A stretch of 64,000 bases of DNA from Candidatus Omnitrophota bacterium (lineage in GTDB: Bacteria > Omnitrophota > Gorgyraeia > Gygaellales > Gygaellaceae). The notes under the pieces are model-generated. The model saw nothing but the letters and a program-made list of their open reading frames with translations. It made no database searches and had not been told where the DNA came from. A program made the translations under genes and the position numbers. Below are positions 38,403-47,478 of this stretch, in pieces. The stretch spans positions 116,555 through 180,554 of the forward strand of contig JAGYNB010000002.1 in assembly GCA_018400015.1 (NCBI GenBank), written 5' to 3'. How positions within the stretch are numbered: position 1 is the first letter of the stretch; each line of letters opens with the position of its first letter.

Positions 38403-40397
38403 ATGAGAAAAGATTATAAGCAAGAAATAGACAGGCTTAAAAAGATGATCAGGCATCATAATAGGCTTTATTATATTCAGTCTAACCCACAGATGTCAGA
38501 TAAAGAATATGATGATTTAGTCAGAAAGCTTAGAGGTCTTGAAGAGAAGTTTCCGCAATATAAAACCGATGATTCTCCTACTTTAAGGGTAGGTTCAGAT
38601 ATCGCCAGGAGCCTGAATACGATTAGACATAAAGCGAAAATGCTGTCTCTGGAAAACACATATTCTTTTGAAGAGTTGATAGATTGGGAAAATAGACAAA
38701 AGAAAAATCTTAAAAGAAGCGGTAGTCTTGAATATATAGCAGAATTGAAGATTGATGGTGTCAGCGCTAATCTGACATATCGAAAGTCTAAATTGGCGAT
38801 TGCTGCTACGCGTGGAAATGGGGAGATTGGCGAAGATGTTTTGATGAATATAAAAACTATTTCTTCTATACCTTTAGTTTTGTCCGGCAAAAATCATCCT
38901 GATTCTATTGAAATACGAGGTGAGGTTTATATGGATAAGGATGGGTTCAATAAGCTTAACGTTCAGCGTAAGCAGCAGGGCTTGGAATTATTTGCAAATC
39001 CCAGAAACGCAGCAAGCGGGTCTTTAAAACTTTTAGATGCAAAAACCACGGCAAAAAGAGAATTAAATTTTTTTGCACATTCTCTCGGTGAAGTAAAAGG
39101 TTTAGAGATTAATTCTCAAAAGGAGTTTATGGAACTTTTAAGAAATTGGTCCATGCCGGTCAATCCGCATGTCAAGTTCTGTAATTCCCTCCAGGAGGTT
39201 ATAGAATATTGTCAGTATTGGCAGGGGAAAAAAGATAGTTTGAATTATGATATCGATGGTATCGTGGTTAAAGTAAATAGCATCAAAAAGCAACGTATGC
39301 TAGGAACTACTTTAAAAAGCCCTCGTTGGGCGATTGCTTATAAATTTCCGGCACAGCAGGCAACAACTGATATTTTAGATGTAACTTTCGGTGTTGGCAG
39401 AACAGGTATAATTACTCCTGTTGCCGTACTTAAACCCGTAGAATGTTCCGGAGTAATCATAAAACACGCAACGTTACACAATTTCGATGAGATAAAAAGA
39501 CTTGATATAAGAATTGGTGATAAGGTGTTGATTGAGCGAGCCGGTGATGTAATTCCTAAAATAGTAAAGGTGGTTAAATCTAAAGGGAAAAAGAAGATTC
39601 TGCCTCCGATAAAATGTCCTGTCTGTTCGGGTAAAGTAATAAAAGAGAAAGACGAAGATGTTGCCTGGCGTTGTATTAATCCAAATTGTTCTCAGCAGTT
39701 CGAAGCTAAATTACTGCATTTTGCTTCAAAACAAGCTATGGATATAGAAGGCATGGGGTATATCGTAGTCAGTCAATTGGTAAAGTTAAACCTGGTGAAT
39801 GATTTCTCAGATATATATAAACTAACAGAACAAGATCTGAGAAGTTTAGATTTATTTAAAGAGAGAAAAATCAATAATCTGCTTAGGGCAATTGAAAGTA
39901 GCAAGACTAGGACCCTGTCGCGTTTTATATATGCTTTAGGTATCAGGCATGTTGGAGAGAAGGCGGCTTTTGTGTTGGCGAATCATTTTGATAAACTAGA
40001 TAATATCATAAAAGCCAAGAAAAGTGATTTAGAATCTATTTATGAAATAGGTTCAGTTATGGCTGATTCAATTGTAGCTTATTTTTCTCAAAACAAAGTC
40101 AGAAAACTTATGGGAAAACTTAAAAAATCAGGAGTTCGTTTTACTAATGAGAAAACTGTTAAAAAGAACAATATTCTCAATGGAAAAACATTTGTTTTTA
40201 CCGGTGAGTTAAAAAGCTTTACGCGTCAGCAGGCACGGGCGTTAGTACGCAGTCGCGGCGGGAGTTTTTCTTCTTCGGTAAGTAGTAAAACTGATTTTCT
40301 TGTTGCTGGCGATGATCCCGGTTCTAAATTACTTAAAGCAAAACGTTTAAAAGTCGCTATTGTTCATGAAGGCGAATTTAAGGAGATGCTAAAATGA
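38403..40397 (+). CDS. ligA: NAD-dependent DNA ligase
   Basis: ELKIDG, TRGNG..GED, EIRGEV, FANPRNAA, IDGIV.K, Cys4 zinc finger, BRCT (TG...R..A, GSK..KA). Confidence 0.97.
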   Translation: MRKDYKQEIDRLKKMIRHHNRLYYIQSNPQMSDKEYDDLVRKLRGLEEKFPQYKTDDSPTLRVGSDIARSLNTIRHKAKMLSLENTYSFEELIDWENRQKKNLKRSGSLEYIAELKIDGVSANLTYRKSKLAIAATRGNGEIGEDVLMNIKTISSIPLVLSGKNHPDSIEIRGEVYMDKDGFNKLNVQRKQQGLELFANPRNAASGSLKLLDAKTTAKRELNFFAHSLGEVKGLEINSQKEFMELLRNWSMPVNPHVKFCNSLQEVIEYCQYWQGKKDSLNYDIDGIVVKVNSIKKQRMLGTTLKSPRWAIAYKFPAQQATTDILDVTFGVGRTGIITPVAVLKPVECSGVIIKHATLHNFDEIKRLDIRIGDKVLIERAGDVIPKIVKVVKSKGKKKILPPIKCPVCSGKVIKEKDEDVAWRCINPNCSQQFEAKLLHFASKQAMDIEGMGYIVVSQLVKLNLVNDFSDIYKLTEQDLRSLDLFKERKINNLLRAIESSKTRTLSRFIYALGIRHVGEKAAFVLANHFDKLDNIIKAKKSDLESIYEIGSVMADSIVAYFSQNKVRKLMGKLKKSGVRFTNEKTVKKNNILNGKTFVFTGELKSFTRQQARALVRSRGGSFSSSVSSKTDFLVAGDDPGSKLLKAKRLKVAIVHEGEFKEMLK

Positions 40398-40894
40398 TCA
40401 GAACATTTTTTTATGTTTGTTTAGTAAGTTGTTTTTTGTTTGTAAATTTAGGATGTGAAGCGTTTGCCAAGAAATTTGTGCGTAAGCCTAAAAAAGACGA
40501 TCAGCCGATAGAGATAATATTGGAACCAAGAGAATACCCACAAAATCCGTTACCTACTGAAGAATTATACCGTCAGAGGTTTACGTTTTGGAAGTATTGG
40601 CAGGATGAGCTTATTAATTCTTTGTATCCAGGCGGAAACCGGAAAAAACAGCTGGAATCAGTAAGTTATTCTATAGAATTCTTAAATTCCTTGAAAATGT
40701 TATTGGCAGAAGATTTAATTGAAAGAATTGATTCGGAGATTGTCCAACTGGAAAAAGTTAAATCGCGCTTAGAAAGTACGTTTATTACTAGCGATGATTT
40801 AAGAAGGATTAAGCGGGAAGCGGAAAAACAAAAATTAAGAATAGACAGGGATTTTGTTTTTTCCAGAATAGAAGAGAGCGTTTTAGGCAGATGA
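40394..40894 (+). CDS. Hypothetical lipoprotein
   Basis: Hydrophobic N-terminus ending in a lipobox-like NLG|C, then basic KKFVRKPKK and a helical body; coupled to both neighbours by 4-bp overlaps. Confidence 0.7.
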   Translation: MIRTFFYVCLVSCFLFVNLGCEAFAKKFVRKPKKDDQPIEIILEPREYPQNPLPTEELYRQRFTFWKYWQDELINSLYPGGNRKKQLESVSYSIEFLNSLKMLLAEDLIERIDSEIVQLEKVKSRLESTFITSDDLRRIKREAEKQKLRIDRDFVFSRIEESVLGR

Positions 40895-41499
40895 TATTTA
40901 AAAAACTTACTCTTGGGAGTTATTTTGTAAATTGTTATGTTTTGGGAAACGAGCGTTCAAAAGAAGCGCTTGTGATCGATCCTGGTGCAGAGTATAAAAG
41001 AATAGAATCTTTTCTTAAGGAAAATGATCTTAAGCCAATAGCGGTTATAAATACTCATGGGCACTTGGATCATATCCAAGAAGATGATTGTTTTAATCTG
41101 CCAGTGTATATACATTCTTTAGACAAGGGTTGTTTTACTAGTCCTGAAGAAAATCTATCGGCTTTTTTTGGAGCGCCTTTTACCATTAAATCCAAGCCGA
41201 GATTATTAGAGGATAAACAAATAATTTCCTTGGCTGGTTTTAAACTTGAGGTTATTCATACTCCTGGTCACACCAAGGGGTGTATTTGCTTAAGGTTTGA
41301 GGGTATGTTATTCTCTGGTGATACTCTTTTTGCCGGTAGTATCGGGAGGACTGATTTTCCGGGAGCGGATTCAAAGGTTATAATAGATTCGATTAAGAAG
41401 AAAATTTTAACAATAAAAGAAGATTTGAAAGTTTTTCCGGGCCATGGGCAAGATACTACTTTGGAAAAAGAGAAACTAACGAATTGCTTCTTGAATTAG
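40891..41499 (+). CDS. MBL-fold metallo-hydrolase (glyoxalase II/YcbL-like)
   Basis: IDPG, THGHLDH, TPGHT.G, GDTLF..SIGRTD.PG, PGHG. Confidence 0.92.
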   Translation: MIFKKLTLGSYFVNCYVLGNERSKEALVIDPGAEYKRIESFLKENDLKPIAVINTHGHLDHIQEDDCFNLPVYIHSLDKGCFTSPEENLSAFFGAPFTIKSKPRLLEDKQIISLAGFKLEVIHTPGHTKGCICLRFEGMLFSGDTLFAGSIGRTDFPGADSKVIIDSIKKKILTIKEDLKVFPGHGQDTTLEKEKLTNCFLN

Positions 41500-41505
41500 T
41501 TTAAT

Positions 41506-42393
41506 ATGAAAGATTTGATCGAAAATTTCTTGTATTATTTATCTGTTGAACGCAATCTTGCAAAAAATACAATTAATTCTTATCGCAGGGATTTGAATAA
41601 TTATAAAGAGTTTTTAGACAGTAAGAAGATTAACGATCTTTCCAGTACGACAAGAGAAACTTTATCTGATTTTCTTTTTTGGCGCAAGGATAAGGGAATA
41701 TCAGCCAGTTCCATAGCCAGGCAACTGGCAGCAATAAAGAGCTTTCATCGTTTTCTGGTAAGAGAACGTATTGTTAAACATGATCCGACAGCGTTATTGG
41801 ATTCACCGAAGTTATGGAAAAGAATTCCTGATACGCTATCTTCTAACGAGGTCGAAACATTGCTATCACAACCACAGATTAAAGATAAATACGGCATTCG
41901 CGATAAAGCAATAATGGAATTGATGTATGCAACTGGGATGCGTGTAAGCGAAGCGGTAAATTTAAAACTAGAAAGCGTGAACATGGATGTTGGTTTTGTA
42001 CGTTGTTTTGGCAAAGGAGGCAAAGAAAGAATTGTTCCAATTGGAAAAAAATCCGCTGTGGCAGTAGCTAGATATATCAATGGCCTGCGTAAAGAAACAG
42101 ACAAGTTGGCACAGTCTAATAATTTATTTCTTAATCGTTTCGGAAGGCCGCTTTCGCGCGTATGGGTGTGGAAGATGATAAAGTTTTATGCAAAGAAAGC
42201 AGGGATAAAAAAACACATTAAGCCGCATATTTTAAGGCATTCTTTTGCTACTCATTTATTGGAGGGGGGGGCGGATTTACGTTCGGTTCAGGAAATGTTG
42301 GGGCATGCGAGCATTTCTACGACACAGATTTACACACATGTTAATAAAGACAGACTTAAGTCGATTCATAAGAAATTTCATCCCAGAGGTTAG
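41506..42393 (+). CDS. xerD: Tyrosine recombinase XerD
   Basis: NT..SYRRDL, LMYATGMRVSE, GKGGKER, PHILRHSFATHLL, VQEMLGHA, TTQIYTHV, HPR terminus. Confidence 0.93.
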   Translation: MKDLIENFLYYLSVERNLAKNTINSYRRDLNNYKEFLDSKKINDLSSTTRETLSDFLFWRKDKGISASSIARQLAAIKSFHRFLVRERIVKHDPTALLDSPKLWKRIPDTLSSNEVETLLSQPQIKDKYGIRDKAIMELMYATGMRVSEAVNLKLESVNMDVGFVRCFGKGGKERIVPIGKKSAVAVARYINGLRKETDKLAQSNNLFLNRFGRPLSRVWVWKMIKFYAKKAGIKKHIKPHILRHSFATHLLEGGADLRSVQEMLGHASISTTQIYTHVNKDRLKSIHKKFHPRG

Positions 42394-42395
42394 CT

Positions 42396-43667
42396 GTGAA
42401 AAAAATATTGGCAAGACAATCTAAGAAAATAAAAAGTTTGATTAAGCAGATGGCTATACTTTCAGATAAAGAGAACTGTTCAGTTTTTCTCGTGGGGGGA
42501 TTTGTAAGGGATTTAATTTTAGGCATTGATAATTTTGACTTGGATATAGTGGTTGAAGGGAATGGGCTTAGCTTTGCAAAAAGACTTTTTAATTGTTTAG
42601 GGGAAAGCATTGTTGTGCATAAAAGGTTCGCAACCGCAACCATTATTACTAAAGATAAACTTAAATTAGATATTGCAACGGCTAGAAGCGAGAGTTATGC
42701 CTCTCCTGGGGTTTTGCCGGAAGTGATATTCGGCTCTCTGCGAGATGATTTAAAAAGAAGGGATTTTTCGATTAATGCCATGGCTATTTCTTTAAATGGG
42801 AGCAGTTTTGGCGAATTGGTTGATTATTTTGGCGGGAAAAAGGATTTAAGAGAAAAAAGAATCAGGATTTTGCACGATTTGAGCTTTATTGATGATCCTA
42901 CAAGAATAACAAGGGCGATAAGGTTTAAGGCAAGGTTTGGCTTTAGCCTGGATGAGAAAACAGAATTTTTATTGAAACAAGCAGTAAAAAAAAGGTTGCT
43001 TTTCAAGATGCAGAAACATCGTCTTAGAGATGAAATTATTTTGTTATTGAAAGAACAGAAACCAGCTGTTTATATAAAAGAGTTAAACCGTTTATGCGGT
43101 CTTAAGTTTATATATTCAGGCATTGTTTTTTTTCCATCGCTTGATAGATTACTTAAAACTATCGAAAAAGAAGTTAGGTGGTTTACGAACAGTCAATTCA
43201 GCAAAAGACAGCTTGAGGCTTGGCTTGTTTATTTGATCGGTATGTTAGATGGTTTGACTTTGACAAAATTAAGAAAGTTTTGTTTTGAATATGCCTTGCG
43301 TAAAAAAGATACGAAACGAATCCTATCTTATAAGAATTTTATGTTGAAGAAAGAAAGAAAACTACATGAGGTATTAAAGCCTGTATACTTGTATAAAATA
43401 ATGTCTCCTCTTAGTTACGAAGCAATTATTGCTGTTCTTGCTAAGGAAAATAATCGTACAGCAAGAATGAATATTGTTAGATTCCTGGAAGAATTTCATA
43501 CGATAAGACCGCATATAAACGGTGATATAATCAAAGAATTAGGGATAAAGGAAGGGCCGTTGATTAAAAAGATAATTAATCAGGTCCATAATGCGCGTAT
43601 AAATAAAACAATTCATACATTTGATCAAGAGCTGGATTTAGTTAGAAAGATTCTTAGGATAAAATGA
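42396..43667 (+). CDS. Class II tRNA nucleotidyltransferase (A-adding/CCA-like)
   Basis: VGGFVRD...DLD, ATARSE.Y..PG.LP, DL.RRDFSINAMA, SFIDDPTR. Confidence 0.88.
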   Translation: MKKILARQSKKIKSLIKQMAILSDKENCSVFLVGGFVRDLILGIDNFDLDIVVEGNGLSFAKRLFNCLGESIVVHKRFATATIITKDKLKLDIATARSESYASPGVLPEVIFGSLRDDLKRRDFSINAMAISLNGSSFGELVDYFGGKKDLREKRIRILHDLSFIDDPTRITRAIRFKARFGFSLDEKTEFLLKQAVKKRLLFKMQKHRLRDEIILLLKEQKPAVYIKELNRLCGLKFIYSGIVFFPSLDRLLKTIEKEVRWFTNSQFSKRQLEAWLVYLIGMLDGLTLTKLRKFCFEYALRKKDTKRILSYKNFMLKKERKLHEVLKPVYLYKIMSPLSYEAIIAVLAKENNRTARMNIVRFLEEFHTIRPHINGDIIKELGIKEGPLIKKIINQVHNARINKTIHTFDQELDLVRKILRIK

Positions 43668-43778
43668 GTTTAGGAGTTTTGGTTCCGTAAGCAATATTGA
43701 TAATTTTCTGTAAAGAGAGTAATTGTTTAATTAACCCGATAAGTTGCGACACCAAGCTTATCTAACAAAAAGAAGACG

Positions 43779-44126
43779 ATGAGAAAAGATAAAGTAAAAT
43801 CAGAGTTGAAAAAGGAAATAAGCAGTATTATTAATAATGAAGTGAAGGATCCTCGTTTGGGATTTATTACGTTGGTGGATACCGAACTTAGCGATGACTT
43901 AAAATACCTTAAGGTTTTCTACAGCGTTTTAGGAGCAAAGAACGATGAAGATCTTGCACAGGAAATCCTGGAAAAGGCAGAAGGTTTTATAAAAAAACTT
44001 ATTGCCAGAAGGTTAAAATTAAGATTTGTCCCAGAGATAAAATTCATAGTTGATAGGACTATAGCAAAGGCGCAGCATATCGAAGATATTTTAGAAAATA
44101 TTAAACATAAGGAAGATGATGAATAG
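43779..44126 (+). CDS. rbfA: Ribosome-binding factor A
   Basis: KDPRL...T....S.DL....V, LRFVPEI.F..D. Confidence 0.93.
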   Translation: MRKDKVKSELKKEISSIINNEVKDPRLGFITLVDTELSDDLKYLKVFYSVLGAKNDEDLAQEILEKAEGFIKKLIARRLKLRFVPEIKFIVDRTIAKAQHIEDILENIKHKEDDE

Positions 44127-45066
44127 AATAATCAAAGAACTCAAAAAACATAAAAGCTATCTAGTTGTTTCACATGTTAATTTAGAGGGTGATGCGATCG
44201 GTTCCTCGTTAGCCATTGCTTTATTATTAAAACGCTTGGGCAAGAAAGTAATTGTGATAAATGAAGATAACGTACCCGCTCAATACAGTTTTATGCCTTT
44301 TTCTAAGTTGATCAAGAAACCAAAAAAGAATTTACTTTTTGATGCGGTTGTTGCTGTTGACTGTTCTGATATCGGTCGTATCGGAAGGTGCATAGAATAT
44401 ATCCCAAAAAATAAAGTTATTATTAATATAGATCACCATTTCGGTAATGATAATTTTGGCAAGGTTAATTGGATAGAGCCAAAAGCATCCAGTTGTTCTG
44501 AAATGATTTATCAGCTTTTTAAGAAAATGTCAGTTCCTATAGATAATAAAACTGCGTATTTATTATATGTAGGGATAATGACCGATACCGGCTCTTTTAA
44601 ATATGCGAATACAACTAGTTTTACGCATAGAGTAGTTGCTGAACTTATAGATAAGAATTTGGATATACATGAAATATACAAGGATGTTTATCAGAATGTA
44701 TCAACTGATAACGCAAAGAAAATAATCAGTGTTTTGAATACTCTTCGTTTTGATAAAACTGGAAAAATAGCATATCTAGAGCAAAAGAGAAAGGATATCG
44801 CAGGCGATACTTCTACTGATTTAAGTGAATATATACTTGATTTTGCAAGAAGCTTAAGAGGGGTAGAAGTTGTTCTATTGTTTAAAGAGTCTGAAGAGAA
44901 TAATAAAATCAGGGTTAATCTCCGTTCTAAAAGCAGATATGATGTTAATCGTTTGGCAAAGATTTTCTGCGGCGGAGGGCATAGGACTGCAAGTGGTTGT
45001 ACGATCAAAGGGGATATCCGCGAAGCAGAAAGAAAATTAATCGCCGCAGCAAGAAAATTTATTTAA
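44116..45066 (+). CDS. nrnA: DHH/DHHA1 phosphoesterase (NrnA-like oligoribonuclease/PAP phosphatase)
   Basis: H...EGDA.GS, IDHH, GIMTDTGSF, GGGH. Confidence 0.9.
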   Translation: MMNRIIKELKKHKSYLVVSHVNLEGDAIGSSLAIALLLKRLGKKVIVINEDNVPAQYSFMPFSKLIKKPKKNLLFDAVVAVDCSDIGRIGRCIEYIPKNKVIINIDHHFGNDNFGKVNWIEPKASSCSEMIYQLFKKMSVPIDNKTAYLLYVGIMTDTGSFKYANTTSFTHRVVAELIDKNLDIHEIYKDVYQNVSTDNAKKIISVLNTLRFDKTGKIAYLEQKRKDIAGDTSTDLSEYILDFARSLRGVEVVLLFKESEENNKIRVNLRSKSRYDVNRLAKIFCGGGHRTASGCTIKGDIREAERKLIAAARKFI

Positions 45067-45086
45067 TTTTAACTAAAGACTAAATA

Positions 45087-45977
45087 ATGAGAGTTGTAAA
45101 CGGTTTAAATGATTTCAAGGGAAAAATTTCTGCCAGTGTAATTACTTTTGGAATTTTTGACGGTGTGCATAAAGGGCACAGCTTAATTTTAAAAAAAACC
45201 GTTCATGAGGCAAAGCGTTTGAAAGTAAAAAGCGTGTGTATTACTTTTTGGCCTAGCCCGAAAAAAAGTCCGTTGTTGTATTCTTTACAGCATAGGCTTA
45301 ATTTATTAGCGCAATACGGTTTGGATATCTGTATTGTGGTGAATATAAATAAAGGTTTTTCACAAGTCAATACGGAAAATTTTGTTAAGGATATCTTAGT
45401 TAAACGTTTTCATATAAAGACAATAGTTATTGGTAAGGATTTCAGATTTGGCAAGAAAAGAAGTTGTAATGTAGATGATTTGATAAGATATGCAAAGAAA
45501 TATTCGTTTAAGGTTTTCTCTGTAGGTCTGGTAAAATACAAAAAAGAAAATATCAGCAGTACAAGAATAAGAGGTTATATTTTAAAAGGAGAGTTGCAAA
45601 AAGCAGAGAAAATGCTTGGACGCAAAGTTTCCATTTTGGGAACTGTTGTACGAGGAAGGCATGTCGCTACACGATATCTTAATTTGGCAACTGCAAATAT
45701 TAATCCGCATCATGAAGTTTTACCTCCCGATGGCGTTTATCAAGTTAATGTCGATATCTATAGCAAACATTTTAAAGGAGTTTGTTATATAGGCAAAAGG
45801 CCGACATTGAACTTAAAAAGAAAAGTAGTAGAGGTGCACATCTTAAATTTCAAGAAATCTATTTATGGAAAAGAATTATACGTTACTTTTAAGAATAAAA
45901 TACGAAACGACCGTAAATTTAGAAGTTTAATTGAGCTTAAAAAGCAGATCAATATAGATTTTTCTAAGATTTCTTAA
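45087..45977 (+). CDS. ribF: Bifunctional riboflavin kinase / FAD synthetase
   Basis: FDGVHKGH, G.DF.FG, ISSTRIR, (A)TAN, GVY, RPT, E.H. Confidence 0.94.
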   Translation: MRVVNGLNDFKGKISASVITFGIFDGVHKGHSLILKKTVHEAKRLKVKSVCITFWPSPKKSPLLYSLQHRLNLLAQYGLDICIVVNINKGFSQVNTENFVKDILVKRFHIKTIVIGKDFRFGKKRSCNVDDLIRYAKKYSFKVFSVGLVKYKKENISSTRIRGYILKGELQKAEKMLGRKVSILGTVVRGRHVATRYLNLATANINPHHEVLPPDGVYQVNVDIYSKHFKGVCYIGKRPTLNLKRKVVEVHILNFKKSIYGKELYVTFKNKIRNDRKFRSLIELKKQINIDFSKIS

Positions 45978-45994
45978 TTTTCCCACCAAAACAC

Positions 45995-46041
45995 ACACTA
46001 TACCTAGTAAACATCCTTATTTTTAACACAACTTGTAGTAT
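45995..46041. promoter_or_regulatory. Tandem NrdR-box-like sites
   Basis: ACACTATACCTAGTAA (45995-46010) and ACACAACTTGTAGTAT (46026-46041), 31 bp apart, resemble consensus acaCwAtATaTwGtgt. Confidence 0.6.
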
Positions 46042-46067
46042 CTATTAAACTTAATGAAAATTTTGGC

Positions 46068-46096
46068 TTGACAAAGCTTATTATATTGTCTATACT
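46068..46096 (+). promoter_or_regulatory. Sigma70 promoter of the dcw operon
   Basis: TTGACA (46068-73), 17 bp spacer, TATACT (46091-96). Confidence 0.85.
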
Positions 46097-46105
46097 TTGA
46101 ATACG

Positions 46106-46130
46106 GTGTCATAAAGTGGGTTAAAGTGGA
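46106..46130 (+). promoter_or_regulatory. MraZ binding direct repeats
   Basis: GTGTC-ataaa-GTGGG-ttaaa-GTGGA: three GTG-cored repeats at a 10-bp period between the promoter and the mraZ start. Confidence 0.85.
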
Positions 46131-46138
46131 AGGACATT

Positions 46139-46576
46139 ATGTTTTATGGTGAATATTTACATTCAATAGACCGAAAAGGAAGACTTGTCTTACCTGCGAG
46201 ATTCAGAGAGACAGCAAAAGAAAATCTAATAGAGAAATTTTTTGTGACTCGCGGTTTGGATAAGTGTTTATTTATGTTTTCTGAGGAAGAATGGCGTTCT
46301 CAGGAACAGAAGTTTAAAGCACTTTCTTTCACTAAACAGGAAGCAAGAAAATTCAATCGTATGTTTTTCTCAGGGGCTGTAGATGTTGTTTTCGATCAGC
46401 AGGGAAGAATCTTGATACCGCAGTATTTAAAAGATTATGCCAATATTAAAAGAGATGTAATGGTCGTGGGAGTATCTAACAGAATCGAAATTTGGTCTAA
46501 AGACCTGTGGGAAGAGTTTTATAACGAAGTTCAGCCGGAATTTGAGAAGATTTCAGAAAACCTTTTAAATATATAG
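46139..46576 (+). CDS. mraZ: Transcriptional regulator MraZ
   Basis: F.GEY...ID.KGR..LP, D.QGRI.IP, IEIW. Confidence 0.97.
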   Translation: MFYGEYLHSIDRKGRLVLPARFRETAKENLIEKFFVTRGLDKCLFMFSEEEWRSQEQKFKALSFTKQEARKFNRMFFSGAVDVVFDQQGRILIPQYLKDYANIKRDVMVVGVSNRIEIWSKDLWEEFYNEVQPEFEKISENLLNI

Positions 46577-47478
46577 TGATAATGAATGAACAGTTGCATG
46601 TCCCGGTTATGGAGAATGAAGTTATGGAATTTCTGAATTTAAAGCCAGGGATGATTGTCGTTGATTGTACGGTAGGTACAGGTGCTCATGCCGAGAAGAT
46701 ATTGTCTAAGATTAGTCCTTTAGGCAGGCTTATATGTATTGATAAAGATCAAGAGTCCCTTTCGTTGGCAAAGGAAAAGCTTTCTCGGTTTAAAGATTGT
46801 GCAGAATTTATCCATTCTGATTTCAGGAATATAGATAAGGCGTTAAATAGTCTTAACATAACCAGCGTAGATGCGATTCTTTTTGATTTAGGCATTTCCA
46901 GTTATCAGTTAAAAGAAAGCGAAAGAGGTTTTAGTTTCGTTAAGGAAGGTCCATTAGATATGCGCATGGACAAAAATGCATATATTTCTGCGTATGATCT
47001 GGTAAATAACCTTAGTATTAAAGAACTTTCTGGGATATTGCGTAATTTTGGAGAGGAACGTTGGCACTATCGGATTGCTAAAACGATGATCAAGGAAAGA
47101 ACAAACAAACCGATTTCTACAACTTATCAGTTGGTAAATATTATTATGCGTTCAGTTCCGCACCATGCCAGATACGGTAAAATTCATCCGGCTACGCGCA
47201 CTTTTCAGGCATTGCGAATTGCTGTTAACCGGGAATTAGAAGCCTTGCATGAGGGACTTGAGAAAGGAATATCCCTTTTAAAGGTAGGGGCAAGGATTTG
47301 CGTGATATCATTTCATTCCCTGGAGGATAGAATTGTTAAAAGGAAATTTTTGTCTGCAGCTCACAACGGAGAAATCAATATATTAACCAGTAAGCCTGTT
47401 ATGGCTGATAGGGAAGAAGTCCAGTATAATCCACGTTCGCGCAGTGCTAAGATGCGTTGTGCAGAAAGGATAAAATGA
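46576..47478 (+). CDS. rsmH: 16S rRNA m4C1402 methyltransferase
   Basis: HVPV, DCT.G.G.H, DLGISS.Q, PLDMRMD, FQALRI.VN, SFHSLEDR, NPRSRSAK; start could be ATG 46582. Confidence 0.97.
   Translation: MIMNEQLHVPVMENEVMEFLNLKPGMIVVDCTVGTGAHAEKILSKISPLGRLICIDKDQESLSLAKEKLSRFKDCAEFIHSDFRNIDKALNSLNITSVDAILFDLGISSYQLKESERGFSFVKEGPLDMRMDKNAYISAYDLVNNLSIKELSGILRNFGEERWHYRIAKTMIKERTNKPISTTYQLVNIIMRSVPHHARYGKIHPATRTFQALRIAVNRELEALHEGLEKGISLLKVGARICVISFHSLEDRIVKRKFLSAAHNGEINILTSKPVMADREEVQYNPRSRSAKMRCAERIK

Noticed and set aside
42264-42271. G8 homopolymer in xerD as a phase-variation tract
   Set aside because: It is in frame and encodes the conserved E-G-G-A motif of a housekeeping gene; there is no evidence of slippage.
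37314-42393. Possible integrative element (tRNA plus nearby tyrosine recombinase)
   Set aside because: The recombinase has XerD hallmarks, the intervening genes are housekeeping, and I found no duplicated tRNA 3' end (att site).
43739-43763. Weak hairpin GATAAG...CTTATC upstream of rbfA
   Set aside because: Short and bulged, with no convincing U tract on the + strand and no match to an RNA family I recognise.
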